Assembly (NCBI GenBank): GCA_963696385.1
Contig: CAVOKF010000008.1
Span: 32,001 to 96,000, forward strand
DNA length: 64,000 nt
DNA from: an uncultured delta proteobacterium
GTDB lineage: Bacteria; Myxococcota_A; Polyangia; Polyangiales; Polyangiaceae
Direction of reading: 5' to 3'
This document shows positions 30,833 through 40,858 of the stretch, in pieces (the first letter of the stretch is position 1; each line of letters opens with the position of its first letter). The notes beneath the pieces are model-generated. The model was given only the letters and a program-made list of their open reading frames with translations. It searched no databases and had not been told where the DNA came from. Both the position numbers and the translations under genes were made by a program.

Positions 30833-32319
30833 GCGGGATGTGGGCCGACTTCGGTGTCATCGAAATCGCCGACCGCGTTCAGCGTGGCGAAATCACCGCG
30901 CAACAGGTCACTTCCGCCGCGCTCGCGCACATCGCAGCCACCGACGGAGAGGTGCAGGCGTTTCTCTGCGTCGGGCACGCCGCGGCGATCGCGCAGGCCC
31001 GCGCGATCGACGAGCAACAATCGCGCGGTGAGCGCGTGGGCCCACTTGCGGGTGTGCCCATCGCGATCAAGGACGCCATCTGCACCCGCGGACTGCCAAC
31101 GACCGCGGGGTCAAAAATCCTCGCCGGGTACATGCCGCCTTACGACGCAACCGTCATCGAACGGCTGCGCGCTGCCGGAGCCGTCCTCGTCGGAAAAACG
31201 AATATGGACGAGTTCGCGATGGGTTCGTCCAACGAGAACAGCGCGTTCGGGCCCGTCAAAAACCCGTGGAACACCACGCTTACCCCTGGCGGTTCGTCGG
31301 GCGGGAGTGCGGCCGCCGTAGCCGCGCGCATGACCCCTTGTGCCCTCGGAAGCGACACCGGCGGATCCATCCGACAGCCCGCGAGCCTCACCGGAACTGT
31401 AGGCATCAAACCGACCTATGGCCGGGTCCCTCGCTACGGGCTCATCGCCTTCGCATCGAGCCTCGATCAGATCGGCCCGCTGGCGACCGACGTGCGCAGC
31501 GCGGCGCGCGTTCTGTCCGTAATCTCAGGGCACGATCCGCGAGACTCGACGTCGCTCGACGTTCCGGTGCCCGATTTCGAGCAGGCGTGCGGACGAAGCG
31601 TCCGTGGGATCCGAGTGGGGATACCCGCAGAGTACTTTGTCGACGGTCTCGACCCGGAGGTCGCGACAAGCGTTCGAGCGGCGGTTCGCGAACTGCAGGC
31701 CGAGGGATGCGTGGTGCGGCCCGTGAGCCTGCCCCATACCCGATTCGCTGTGGGAACGTACTACGTGCTGGCCACCGCGGAAGCGTCCAGCAATCTCGCT
31801 CGATTCGACGGGGTGCGCTTCGGCTTGCGGGTGGGCACGGGCGCAAGCGGACACGATCTTCGAGCGATGTATGGGGCCACGCGCGATGCCGGGTTCGGCG
31901 CCGAAGTGAAGCGCCGGATCCTGCTCGGAACGTTTGTCCTCTCTTCCGGGTACTACGATGCGTATTATTTGAAGGCGCAGAAGGTGCGCACGCTGATTCG
32001 CCGCGACTTCGACGACGCATTCCGCGAGGTCGACGTGATCTGCTCGCCCACGTCGCCGACCGCGGCGTTTCCCCTGGGCGAAAAGGTCGACGACCCTCTC
32101 GCGATGTACCTCAATGACATCTTCACGCTCCCCGCGAGCCTGGCGGGTGTACCGGCGATGAGCGTACCGTGTGCGCCCACGGCAGCCGGCCTCCCCGTGG
32201 GCTTGCACGTGATGGCCCGGCCACTGGACGAAGCGACGATGCTGGCCGTGGCGGCTGCCTGGGAGTCGCGCTCGCCCGCTCGCGGACTCCTCGCTCCGCT
32301 CGGTCGTCGGGCGGCGTGA
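30829..32319 (+). CDS. gatA: Asp/Glu-tRNA amidotransferase subunit A
   Basis: [46 protein letters not shown]. Confidence 0.97.
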   Translation: MSGMWADFGVIEIADRVQRGEITAQQVTSAALAHIAATDGEVQAFLCVGHAAAIAQARAIDEQQSRGERVGPLAGVPIAIKDAICTRGLPTTAGSKILAGYMPPYDATVIERLRAAGAVLVGKTNMDEFAMGSSNENSAFGPVKNPWNTTLTPGGSSGGSAAAVAARMTPCALGSDTGGSIRQPASLTGTVGIKPTYGRVPRYGLIAFASSLDQIGPLATDVRSAARVLSVISGHDPRDSTSLDVPVPDFEQACGRSVRGIRVGIPAEYFVDGLDPEVATSVRAAVRELQAEGCVVRPVSLPHTRFAVGTYYVLATAEASSNLARFDGVRFGLRVGTGASGHDLRAMYGATRDAGFGAEVKRRILLGTFVLSSGYYDAYYLKAQKVRTLIRRDFDDAFREVDVICSPTSPTAAFPLGEKVDDPLAMYLNDIFTLPASLAGVPAMSVPCAPTAAGLPVGLHVMARPLDEATMLAVAAAWESRSPARGLLAPLGRRAA

Positions 32320-32396
32320 GTCGGTCTCACTCCACGGACGTTTGAACGTGCCGCTCGGCCTGGCTTGCCTCGAGTCCCAGGCCGTCGAACACGGGC

Positions 32397-33230
32397 TCAG
32401 CCGACGACCAGACCCGCGGCCTCGAGACGACCTTCGCGGACATCGTAGATTCGCACCCGGGGGGCGTCTTCGTCGTCCACCGTCGCGGTCACTCCGAAGA
32501 TTCGCTGAACGCCGCACCCGAGAGCGCGGTCCACCACGGCGTGCAGGTGTCCGTGCAAAACGAAGATATTCCGGAACTTTTCGAGCAGCGACATCATTCG
32601 GGTCGCGCCAATCAGCCCGTCCACCCAGTGCCACGCGCTCGTCTTACGCAGGAAAGGCGGGTGGTGCTGCACCACGACGAGCGGTCGGCCCGATAGTGAC
32701 GGGTCACTCGCCCGTCTCTCGAGCGCAGCGAGGTTGGCCCGATCCATCAGGCCTGCGGAACGCGTCACGGGCTGGTGCAGCGTCGCGTCCACCGGAAGCA
32801 GCGTCGCAGCACCGATGTCGAGGGCTTTTCCCGGCCCCTGGGCGCTCGTCTTCGCGAAAGCTGCGAGAGGGCCGGCTAGCGCCCACCGCCAAGCGTCCGG
32901 CGACGAGTAGAGATCGTGATTGCCGGGCACGAGCGTCGTCTGCTCCGGACGAATGCCCGAATCATGCAGGCACTCTGCGAGGGTCTCGTACTCCCCGGGC
33001 GATCCAATCTCGGTCAGGTCCCCGGACAAGACCACATGGTCGGCTCCCACCCGCAGCGCCGTCCGGAGCGCGCGGTTCAGCTTTCTCTGTCGTCCGATCG
33101 CATCGAGCGGGCGACCAAAACTCAAGAAACGTGTGCGCATCGACCACCCCGACCGAGTCCTGCTCGGTCTCGGGTCCAGCACATGCGCATCGGACAGATG
33201 CACGATGCGCGTCATCCCCATCGCGTCCAT
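32397..33230 (-). CDS. Calcineurin-like metallophosphoesterase (Icc/CpdA-like)
   Basis: HLSDAH, SGDLT, PGNHD, HHPP, HGHLH. Confidence 0.9.
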   Translation of the reverse strand: MDAMGMTRIVHLSDAHVLDPRPSRTRSGWSMRTRFLSFGRPLDAIGRQRKLNRALRTALRVGADHVVLSGDLTEIGSPGEYETLAECLHDSGIRPEQTTLVPGNHDLYSSPDAWRWALAGPLAAFAKTSAQGPGKALDIGAATLLPVDATLHQPVTRSAGLMDRANLAALERRASDPSLSGRPLVVVQHHPPFLRKTSAWHWVDGLIGATRMMSLLEKFRNIFVLHGHLHAVVDRALGCGVQRIFGVTATVDDEDAPRVRIYDVREGRLEAAGLVVG

Positions 33231-33274
33231 GGCTTCTTCTCCTTACGCTCAGGGAGCGCCACCTGGGCGCTTCC

Positions 33275-33283
33275 TGTGGATAA
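33275..33283 (-). promoter_or_regulatory. Perfect DnaA-box sequence (TTATCCACA on minus strand)
   Basis: tgtggataa at 33275-33283 near an AT-rich patch; single box, function unproven. Confidence 0.35.
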
Positions 33284-33383
33284 GTATCGACCACGGACAA
33301 GTCAGGAGTCCCACAATAGGGAAACGCTTACGCAACATGTTTTTTCATAAACGTATTTTACCTGCTCCGCCTAGAGTCGCTAC

Positions 33384-34537
33384 ATCACCCGGATCACCCT
33401 GAGCGTTCGCTCCGCCTCGACACTTTGGTTCAATCACCCGGATCACCCTGAGCGTTCGCTCCGCCTCGACTCGCTGCGCTCGCTCGGCTCCGCTTTCGCC
33501 GACCCGGCGCTTGAGACACGTCGAGGGGAGCGATGCCGCTCCCCTCGAGCGCCCCAGCAGGAAACGCGTTTTCGGGAGATCCGGTGGGCAGTCTACCTGT
33601 CATGACATCTCGGGCGCCCTAGGTGCGGCGAACGCCGCTCCCCCCGAGCTGGCCCAGCAGGAAACGCGTTTTCGGGAGATCGCGGCGGGGCTCCCCAATA
33701 AGACAATGACATCTCGGGCACTCAGCGCAAGCATCCCTTTCAGGAAATCCTGGACGATCCTCTCGTAAATGAAATTTTGGGCACCCTGAGCGTTTCGGTC
33801 GCATGACTTTGCTCGTTTCGATCGCAACGCTGGGAAACCCCGAAGGGGCCCGTCTGAAGAGCAGCCACGCCCTTCCCTACTGCAGCGCAGCCGCGAGGTT
33901 CGTCCTGAGGAGGTCGCCACGCCTGCTTCGTTTCTGCGGAGCCAGGCGTGCTTTCCCGCTGCAGCGCACGCCGCGCGCTTCGGCTTGGTGATCGCCGCGC
34001 GTTTCCTGCTCGTCTCGCGCTTCCCCGCTGCAGAGCAACCGCGTCCTCCGCAGGAGAGCTCGCCGTGTACGTCCCGCTGCGGGGGGGGTGCTCGAGGGGA
34101 GCGGCACTCGCTCCCCTCCACGTGTCGCAAGGTCGCAAGTGCCGAGAGTGGCCCACTCTTCGCGACCGCGAAACGCGTTTCCTGCTGGGGCGCTCGAGGG
34201 GAGCGGCATGGCTCCCCTCGACGTGTGGCGAGTGCCGGGTCGGCGAGAGCGGAGCCGAGCGAGCGTAGCGAGTCGAGGCGGAGCGAACGCTCAGGCTGAT
34301 CCGGGTGATTGAACCAAGTGCCGGGTCGGCGAACGCTCAGAGTGGCCCACTCTTCGCGACCGCGAAACGCGCTTCCTGCTGGGGCGCTCGAGGGGAGCGG
34401 CATCGCTCCCCTCGACGTGTGGCGAGTGCCGGGTCGGCGAGAGCGGAGCCGAGCGAGCGTAGCGAGTCGAGGCGGAGCGAACGCTCAGGCTGATCCGGGT
34501 GATTGAACCAAAGGCCGATCCGGGTGATTGAACCAAG
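33384..34537. repeat. Composite palindromic repeat region (MITE/REPIN-like): ~150-bp element in inverted orientation plus a 194-bp tandem duplication
   Basis: Left copy ~33425-33571 is the reverse complement of ~34170-34317 and ~34364-34511; internal tcgaggggagcg/cgctcccctcga hairpin; terminus ttggttcaatcacccggatc. Confidence 0.88.
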
Positions 34538-34567
34538 CGAGTGTGATTTAACTTTGCCCCATTTAAC

Positions 34568-36205
34568 TCAGAAAATAAAAAACCCTGAGAGCTGACCGCG
34601 GTGATTGATCGCGTAGATGCTGTCGACGTAGGTCGTCTTCGTCGTCGCGAATTCGACACCGAATCGAACGGCGGGGAGCGGATCGACGAAGAGGTTCACG
34701 TCAAACCAGTTATCGGCGTGCATCAGGCTCGACGAACTGCCGATCGTCCCCTCGGTGTAATAGTGCATGTTGGCGCTCTGCAGGCGCGAATAGTTACCGG
34801 AAATCCAGAGTTTGCCGTCCGTGCCCGGGACGTAATACTGCAGGCCGATGAGGTACGACGTCCACTGGATTCCGTGGAGCTTGCCCGAGTAATCGAACGT
34901 CACGACGCCGGGATCGATGTCCGGCGAATAGGATCCCGTCGGGGGAGCCGGGAATCCGACGCCGCCCGTCAAGCCCGTGTACATGTCCGCGTCGCCGTAG
35001 CCGGTCGAGAATTCACCGTTGAGCGACAGCGAGTTGTCTTTGCTCTCTTTGGTCCCGGGGATCACGGGAACGAATGCGTCGGCGGCGACGGCGCCCATCG
35101 TCAGGTCCGTCGTGTTCGTCCCGTTGACGGGAAAACTGTTGACAGCCACGTGCCGCACCAGCCCCGTCACGGCGACGGACAACGGTGAGATCTGCGTTCC
35201 GGCCGATCCGACGGTTTGCACGCCGGTCCACGAATCGATGGCCAAGCGAAGCCCTCCCTCCCCATCGGGCGCGGCGCTGTCGCGCTGAAATGGGCGGACC
35301 GCCGCAACGGCCGCTTCGAACGTCACCGGGTACGCTTTGACGGTCTTGCTGATTCGAAGCTGAGGCGTCCGCGCGTAGAGCTCGCCCGGAATCCCCTGAA
35401 TCTCGACCGTGTTCGGTTGATACGCGGACCCCCACCCATACAGCTGCCAGTACTGGCCGAACAGAATGTCGACCACCGGCGTTTCGACCTTCAAGTTCAT
35501 GTGCCGGATACGAAACGTCGGATTGGTGAAATACGCGGCTTCGGTTCCGAAGGCCGAATTGGTCGCGGAGGGCACGGCGTAGGGGCCTGTGCCTACGGGA
35601 AGCTGCGTGCCGAGGAAATCGCTCTCGATCATCGCGGTCGCGCGAACCCCGTAGTACTCCGGCGCTTTCATGCGAAAGCCGAGGCGCGAGTTGCGGGCAC
35701 CCATCTGCAGGCGCCCGTTGTTGCCCGCAAGCGTCCCGGGCCGCGCGATAGCCGTATTGCCCGGCAGATCGTTGAGGCTGCGGGTCGAGTCGTAAATCGC
35801 GTCGGCCTCGACGAAGCCGTAGAGTGTGGCTGCCCACTTGCCGATGACCAGGTGCTCCTGGTTGGGCAGCTGGGTGCCCACGCTTTCCCCAATGTCACGA
35901 GCGGCACTGTCGTATTCCGCCTGCGTAATGATTCCCTTTTCGCGCATGATGCGCAGCGTCACCAGTTGAATGGGGGAGCCCGGCGACGCGGGATCGGCAG
36001 GTGGAACCGCGGGCGCCGGGGCCGCCGTCGAGCCGCCCCAGGCCGGAGCCGTGGACGGTGCCGGTGCGAGGGGCGGAGCCGGCACGGGAGCCGGCGGCGC
36101 GGCCTCTGGAGGCGGGGGAGGCAACGCCGACTGAGCGAACGCCGCGCCGGGCAGTGTGAACAGCAGTGAAACGACCGAAATCGAGATCGGGTGTTTTCGT
36201 GTCAC
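34568..36205 (-). CDS. Outer-membrane porin (DcaP-like), last gene of the pst/phoU run
   Basis: Signal peptide (AFA|Q), Pro-rich linker, KGIITQAEY, LYGFVEAD, SRLGF, GQYW, C-terminal FIF; GTG start with AAGAGG RBS. Confidence 0.8.
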   Translation of the reverse strand: MTRKHPISISVVSLLFTLPGAAFAQSALPPPPPEAAPPAPVPAPPLAPAPSTAPAWGGSTAAPAPAVPPADPASPGSPIQLVTLRIMREKGIITQAEYDSAARDIGESVGTQLPNQEHLVIGKWAATLYGFVEADAIYDSTRSLNDLPGNTAIARPGTLAGNNGRLQMGARNSRLGFRMKAPEYYGVRATAMIESDFLGTQLPVGTGPYAVPSATNSAFGTEAAYFTNPTFRIRHMNLKVETPVVDILFGQYWQLYGWGSAYQPNTVEIQGIPGELYARTPQLRISKTVKAYPVTFEAAVAAVRPFQRDSAAPDGEGGLRLAIDSWTGVQTVGSAGTQISPLSVAVTGLVRHVAVNSFPVNGTNTTDLTMGAVAADAFVPVIPGTKESKDNSLSLNGEFSTGYGDADMYTGLTGGVGFPAPPTGSYSPDIDPGVVTFDYSGKLHGIQWTSYLIGLQYYVPGTDGKLWISGNYSRLQSANMHYYTEGTIGSSSSLMHADNWFDVNLFVDPLPAVRFGVEFATTKTTYVDSIYAINHRGQLSGFFIF

Positions 36206-36247
36206 GGTGTGGGCCTCTTTCGTTTGGGCGCACCGTGCTCGCACTCC

Positions 36248-36275
36248 GTGTCACGACTGTGACGAGTCCGAGACA
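36248..36275 (-). promoter_or_regulatory. Putative Pho box upstream of porin
   Basis: Minus strand TGTCTC-n5-CGTCAC-n5-TGACAC, 11-bp period. Confidence 0.6.
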
Positions 36276-36278
36276 AGT

Positions 36279-36986
36279 TTAACCGCGGCCGTTGTCGACC
36301 CGCGGCGGCGGGTGCGTCCGGACGTGCCGGACGTCTTCGCCTCGGACCATGAAGATCACTTCCTCGGCGATGTTGGTGGCGTGGTCCGCCACCCGCTCGA
36401 GGTATTTTGCGACGTGGATCACGCGGATCGCCTCCGCGACCTGCGTCGTGTGCTCCGTCATGAAGTCCGTCATTGCGTGAATGATCCGACCGTAGAGGTC
36501 ATCGACGGCGTCGTCGCGAACCAGCACCTGCTCGGCCCGGGTCGGCTCCCCTTGGACGAACGCGTCGAGCGCATCGCGCAGCATCTCCTGCGCCTGCTCA
36601 CCCATGGCCTTCAGCTCGCCGCGCACCTTTTCCTTCGCGGTGCCGTGTTCCTCTTTCGCGCGCTCGGCGATGTTGACCGCCTCGTCGCCGATGCGCTCGA
36701 GGTCCGTCACCAGACGCAGCGCCCCGGCCAAGAAGCGCAGGTCGTACGCCACGGGCTGACGCAGCGCCAGGACGCGCAGCGCCAGCGCGTCGATGTCCAT
36801 TTCGTCGCGGTCGATGTGCCGATCCAGCTCTTCAACCTCCGCGGCGATCGGCAAGGAGCCTTCCCAGAATGCCTTCAGGGAAAGCTGCAGAGCGCGCTCG
36901 CATCGCGCTCCCATGGCCAGAGAATGAGCGCGCAGCTCGCGCAGCTCCGACTCGAAATCTCGGCTGGTGTGGGCGCCGTGGGTCAT
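36279..36986 (-). CDS. phoU: Phosphate signalling regulator PhoU
   Basis: RQPVAYDLR, DLERIGD, DDAVD, LERVADHATNIAE. Confidence 0.97.
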   Translation of the reverse strand: MTHGAHTSRDFESELRELRAHSLAMGARCERALQLSLKAFWEGSLPIAAEVEELDRHIDRDEMDIDALALRVLALRQPVAYDLRFLAGALRLVTDLERIGDEAVNIAERAKEEHGTAKEKVRGELKAMGEQAQEMLRDALDAFVQGEPTRAEQVLVRDDAVDDLYGRIIHAMTDFMTEHTTQVAEAIRVIHVAKYLERVADHATNIAEEVIFMVRGEDVRHVRTHPPPRVDNGRG

Positions 36987-38113
36987 CTCGTCACCTTCTT
37001 CATCCTCGTCCCCTCGGCGCCGCCAATCCGGGCGAAGCGCGACGCGAGAGCGTTCGTGAGCGCCACCAAGACCACGAGCACGGCCGCGGTCCCCGCGCTG
37101 ATCTCAGCCCGGTCCGGAGAGAGCCCGGCCGAGTTGACGTACCAAAGGTGAACCGCCAGCGTTTCGCCGCCCCGGAACGGGTCGAGCGAATAGGCGGTCG
37201 ATCGCGAAATCGTCGTGCCCGCCGTCATGATGAGCGGCGCACTTTCGGCAAACACCCTGCCGACGGACAGGACCAAGGCGCTCAAGATGCCCGGCCACGC
37301 GTACGGCAACGTCACGCGCCAAGCCGTCTGCACCGGGGTCGCGCCGAGCGCGAGGCTCGCTTCGTCGAGCTCGCGCGGAACGGCGTGCATGCTTTCCTCT
37401 GCGATTCCAACCACCAGAGGCAAGTTGAGAAGAGCCAGGACGACCGCACCAGCGAACAACGAATAGCCCATTTTCATCTGGACCACGAAGACCAGAAACC
37501 CGAAGAGGCCGTACACGATGCTCGGCAGCGACGAGAGCGTGTCGAGAGCCATCCTCACCGCGGCCACGAAACGCGCGGCGCGCGCGAACCGCGCCAAATA
37601 CAGCGCCGCCCCCACCCCGACCGGGAGCGTGATCGCCGTGCTCAGTACCGCGAAATACAGCGTGTTGAACATCTCGGGGCCAATCCCGCCGCCCGCCACC
37701 GTCTCGCTCGGAAGCGAAATCAGAAACCTCGGGAGGTGGTTCCTTCCGAACACGACGCCGGCGAGGGCCGCGACCGAGATACCCACCCACGCCATGCGAT
37801 CGGCCCGGCGATTCCACCGGCCGAATCGATCCATCGCGGACCGCGCGACGAACGCGAGGCACCACGCCATCCCCCCAAAGATGGCTGCCGCCACGACGAC
37901 CCGCATGACGTCTTCGTTGTCGATCCCCGCGAGCGGCGTCGGATAGGCCGTAAAGAGGACTATCTTGCCGGCCCCTCGAATCAGCAAGTAGAGCAGCGTA
38001 CCCGCGTAGGCGCACGCGACCAAGAGCGAGGCCGCTCCGAGAACGACCTTGAGCACTCGCTCGACCGAGCTGCCGACGCGCCGGCTCCGATGAAGATGGG
38101 GTACCGCGGTCAT
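36983..38113 (-). CDS. pstA: Phosphate ABC transporter permease PstA
   Basis: GGIGP, LPSIVYGLFG, EASLALGAT, GRVFAESAPL. Confidence 0.93.
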   Translation of the reverse strand: MTAVPHLHRSRRVGSSVERVLKVVLGAASLLVACAYAGTLLYLLIRGAGKIVLFTAYPTPLAGIDNEDVMRVVVAAAIFGGMAWCLAFVARSAMDRFGRWNRRADRMAWVGISVAALAGVVFGRNHLPRFLISLPSETVAGGGIGPEMFNTLYFAVLSTAITLPVGVGAALYLARFARAARFVAAVRMALDTLSSLPSIVYGLFGFLVFVVQMKMGYSLFAGAVVLALLNLPLVVGIAEESMHAVPRELDEASLALGATPVQTAWRVTLPYAWPGILSALVLSVGRVFAESAPLIMTAGTTISRSTAYSLDPFRGGETLAVHLWYVNSAGLSPDRAEISAGTAAVLVVLVALTNALASRFARIGGAEGTRMKKVTR

Positions 38114-39051
38114 CGGGCCCTGCGGGAAAGAATCCTCGTGACGACGACGACGATCACGGACACGACCAACAGGACGAGCGCCATCGAAAAGAGAACATCG
38201 TTTTGCACCGTTCCCGGACGTGCCTCTTGCATGTCCATGACGATCTGCGCCGAGATCGTGGTCGTCGGCGAGAACAAATCCGCGGGCAGCTTGCGTGCGC
38301 CGCCGATGACCATCTGAACGGCCATGGTCTCGCCGGCGGCGCGCGCAAACCCGTAGAACACGGCGATGAGAAGACCGCGCCACGCGTACGGGAAGGAGAC
38401 GCGGAACGCGGTCTGCCACGACGACGCGCCCAGCGCCGCGCTGGCTTCCCGAATCTCTCGGGGAACTCGAGACATCGCGTCGAGCGAAAGCAGAAGCACG
38501 GTCGGAGTGATCATCACACCCAACAGCACCGCTGCAGCGGCGAGTCCCTCGCCCGTCACGGGCGCATCCGCCCCGCGAAAAAGGCGCCCCACTTGCGCCA
38601 TCACCGGCACGAGATAGACGAGCGCCAGCCAGCCATAGACAACACTCGGAATCGCCGACGCAATCTCCATGATCCTACGGTGGATGCGACGCAGCCGATC
38701 GGGAGCGAACTCCGTCAACCACACCGCGGCGAACACCGCTGGCGTGGCCCCCAGAAGGGTGGCGCCGAAGGCGCTCGCAAACGTGCCGGTGATGAGGGCC
38801 AGCCCGCCGAAGGAATCCGCCTCCGGCTTCCACGTCTCGCCCGTGAGCAGCGTCCCGATCCCGACGTGCACCATGCCGCGGATGCCGGTCTGGGCCAGAA
38901 ATGCGATCATCGCGACGGTCGTTACGATGACGAAGCCCGCGCTGCTCACGAGGGCCAGGCGCACGAGCGAATCGCCCACCCGCGGCCGGCGCGTAATATG
39001 CGGCGCTGCGGTGGATGGATCGGAATCGGTGACCGCCATTCCGTGCGCCAT
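38110..39051 (-). CDS. pstC: Phosphate ABC transporter permease PstC
   Basis: IPSVVYG, EASAALGA, ARAAGETMAV. Confidence 0.95.
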   Translation of the reverse strand: MAHGMAVTDSDPSTAAPHITRRPRVGDSLVRLALVSSAGFVIVTTVAMIAFLAQTGIRGMVHVGIGTLLTGETWKPEADSFGGLALITGTFASAFGATLLGATPAVFAAVWLTEFAPDRLRRIHRRIMEIASAIPSVVYGWLALVYLVPVMAQVGRLFRGADAPVTGEGLAAAAVLLGVMITPTVLLLSLDAMSRVPREIREASAALGASSWQTAFRVSFPYAWRGLLIAVFYGFARAAGETMAVQMVIGGARKLPADLFSPTTTISAQIVMDMQEARPGTVQNDVLFSMALVLLVVSVIVVVVTRILSRRAR

Positions 39052-39053
39052 CT

Positions 39054-39965
39054 TCAGTTCTCGTCGCGCGAAACCTTCATCTGCGTCACCGGAATGAAGC
39101 CCTTGACGGTCGGCAGAACCTGGTTCTGGAATGCCGGCGACAGGATGTAATCGATGAACTCTTTCGCGGCTCCGGTCGGCGGGCCATGGGTGAACATGTG
39201 CTCGTACGACCAAATCGGGTAGCTGCCCGACGTGATGTTCGACACGCTCGCCTCGACCGAGGCCGCGTCGCTCTTGATCCCGAACGTGAGCAGGTCCGGG
39301 TCGGCGAACGACATCGCCAGGTAGCTGATGGCACCCTTAGTCTGCTTGAGCTTGGCGACGAGTGCGCCCGAGTTGTCCTCGGTCTGCGACTCGACGAACT
39401 TGTCTCCGCCGAGCACCACGCTCCCGAAGACCGATCGAGTCCCCGACCCCGGCGCGCGGTTGATGACGACAACCGGAACGTTGCCTCCGCCCACTTCCTT
39501 CCAGTTCTTGACGTCGCCCGAAAAAATCCTGGCCAATTCGGCAAGGCTGATGGCCGTGATTTTCTCGTTGTACCCCCCCTTGTTCGCCATCGCCGCGAAG
39601 CCGATCACCGCCACCTTGTGGTCGACCAGCGTTCCCTTGAGATCCGCCGGCGCAAAGATGTCGCTGTCCCCGATCTGCACAGCGCCCGCAGCCACGTCGG
39701 CCAAGCCCTTCTTGGAGCCTCCGGCCGAGACTTCGACACTGATCCCCTTGTGGCTCGCTTCGAATTTTTCTTTTGCGGCATTGACGAGCGGCTGCAGCGC
39801 GCTCGATCCGCTCACTTGAACCGTTCCCGTCTCGACGGGGCCACCCTGCGAGGCGCTGCCGGCAGAGGCGGCCGGCTGCGGGGGAGCCGGCGGCGCGCTC
39901 CGGTCGCACGAGACGAGCGACAGCACTGCGCCGGCGCATAGAATGGCTACCTTGAAATCGGGCAT
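39054..39965 (-). CDS. pstS: Phosphate-binding lipoprotein PstS
   Basis: Lipobox LVSC; GSSALQPL, GGSKKGL, DHKVAV, GSGTR, YPIWSYEHM. Confidence 0.93.
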   Translation of the reverse strand: MPDFKVAILCAGAVLSLVSCDRSAPPAPPQPAASAGSASQGGPVETGTVQVSGSSALQPLVNAAKEKFEASHKGISVEVSAGGSKKGLADVAAGAVQIGDSDIFAPADLKGTLVDHKVAVIGFAAMANKGGYNEKITAISLAELARIFSGDVKNWKEVGGGNVPVVVINRAPGSGTRSVFGSVVLGGDKFVESQTEDNSGALVAKLKQTKGAISYLAMSFADPDLLTFGIKSDAASVEASVSNITSGSYPIWSYEHMFTHGPPTGAAKEFIDYILSPAFQNQVLPTVKGFIPVTQMKVSRDEN

Positions 39966-40858
39966 CAGCCGAATCTCCCTGTTATGTAATCTTCGGTTTC
40001 GCGCTCTTTGGGACGGGTGAAAATCGTGGTCGTGTCCGCGACTTCGACCAGCCGACCCATGTAAAAGAAACCGGTGCGCTGGGACACGCGCGCGGCCTGC
40101 TGCATGTTGTGCGTCACGATGACGATGGTGAGGTCGTCGCGCAGCTCGGCGACGAGATCCTCGATCTTCGCCGTCGCAATCGGGTCGAGCGCGCTCGCAG
40201 GCTCATCCATCAGCAGGACCTCTGGTTCGACCGCCAGCGCGCGCGCGATGCACAACCGCTGCTGTTGGCCGCCGGACAACCCCAGACCCGATTCGTCCAG
40301 CCTGTCTTTGACTTCGTCCCAAAGCGCCGCATGCCGCAGAGCGCGCTCGACTCGCTCGCCGAGCACGGCTCGCTCGTTGACGCCGGAAATACGCAATCCG
40401 TAGGCGACGTTCTCGAAGATCGACTTCGGGAACGGATTGGACCGCTGAAATACCATTCCCACTCGGCGCCGGACGAGCACGGGATCGACGTCGGGGCCGT
40501 AAATGGCCTCCCGGTCGAGCTCCACGTGCCCGGAGACCGAGACCCCGGGCACCGTGTCGTTCATGCGGTTGAGCGACCGGAGAAATGTGCTCTTGCCGCA
40601 GCCACTCGGGCCAATCAGCGCGAGGACCTGCTTCGCGTACACGTCGATCGTCACGTCTTTGATCGCGACCTTTTCGCCGTAGCGAACGGTCAATCCGCCG
40701 GCGCGCATCTTCAGCTGAGCCTCCGCGCTCGAAGACAAAGTCGCCGCAGCGGCCACGGGCGGGACTTTGGGGCCTGCGAAAGATTGTCCCGTGCCACCTG
40801 GGTGACGATCGCGTGACGTCCCGCGGGGCGGTCGATTCGGATCGTCGGCCTCGCTCAT
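39965..40858 (-). CDS. pstB: Phosphate ABC transporter ATPase PstB
   Basis: [35 protein letters not shown]. Confidence 0.97.
   Translation of the reverse strand: MSEADDPNRPPRGTSRDRHPGGTGQSFAGPKVPPVAAAATLSSSAEAQLKMRAGGLTVRYGEKVAIKDVTIDVYAKQVLALIGPSGCGKSTFLRSLNRMNDTVPGVSVSGHVELDREAIYGPDVDPVLVRRRVGMVFQRSNPFPKSIFENVAYGLRISGVNERAVLGERVERALRHAALWDEVKDRLDESGLGLSGGQQQRLCIARALAVEPEVLLMDEPASALDPIATAKIEDLVAELRDDLTIVIVTHNMQQAARVSQRTGFFYMGRLVEVADTTTIFTRPKERETEDYITGRFG

Noticed and set aside
33870..34085. Degenerate CRISPR-like repeat ccc.ctgcag.gca with variable spacing
   Set aside because: Short, divergent and irregularly spaced; better explained as part of the composite repeat
33600..34403. 267-aa ORF as a transposase
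   Set aside because: Translation of repeats; no HUH, DDE or recombinase motifs
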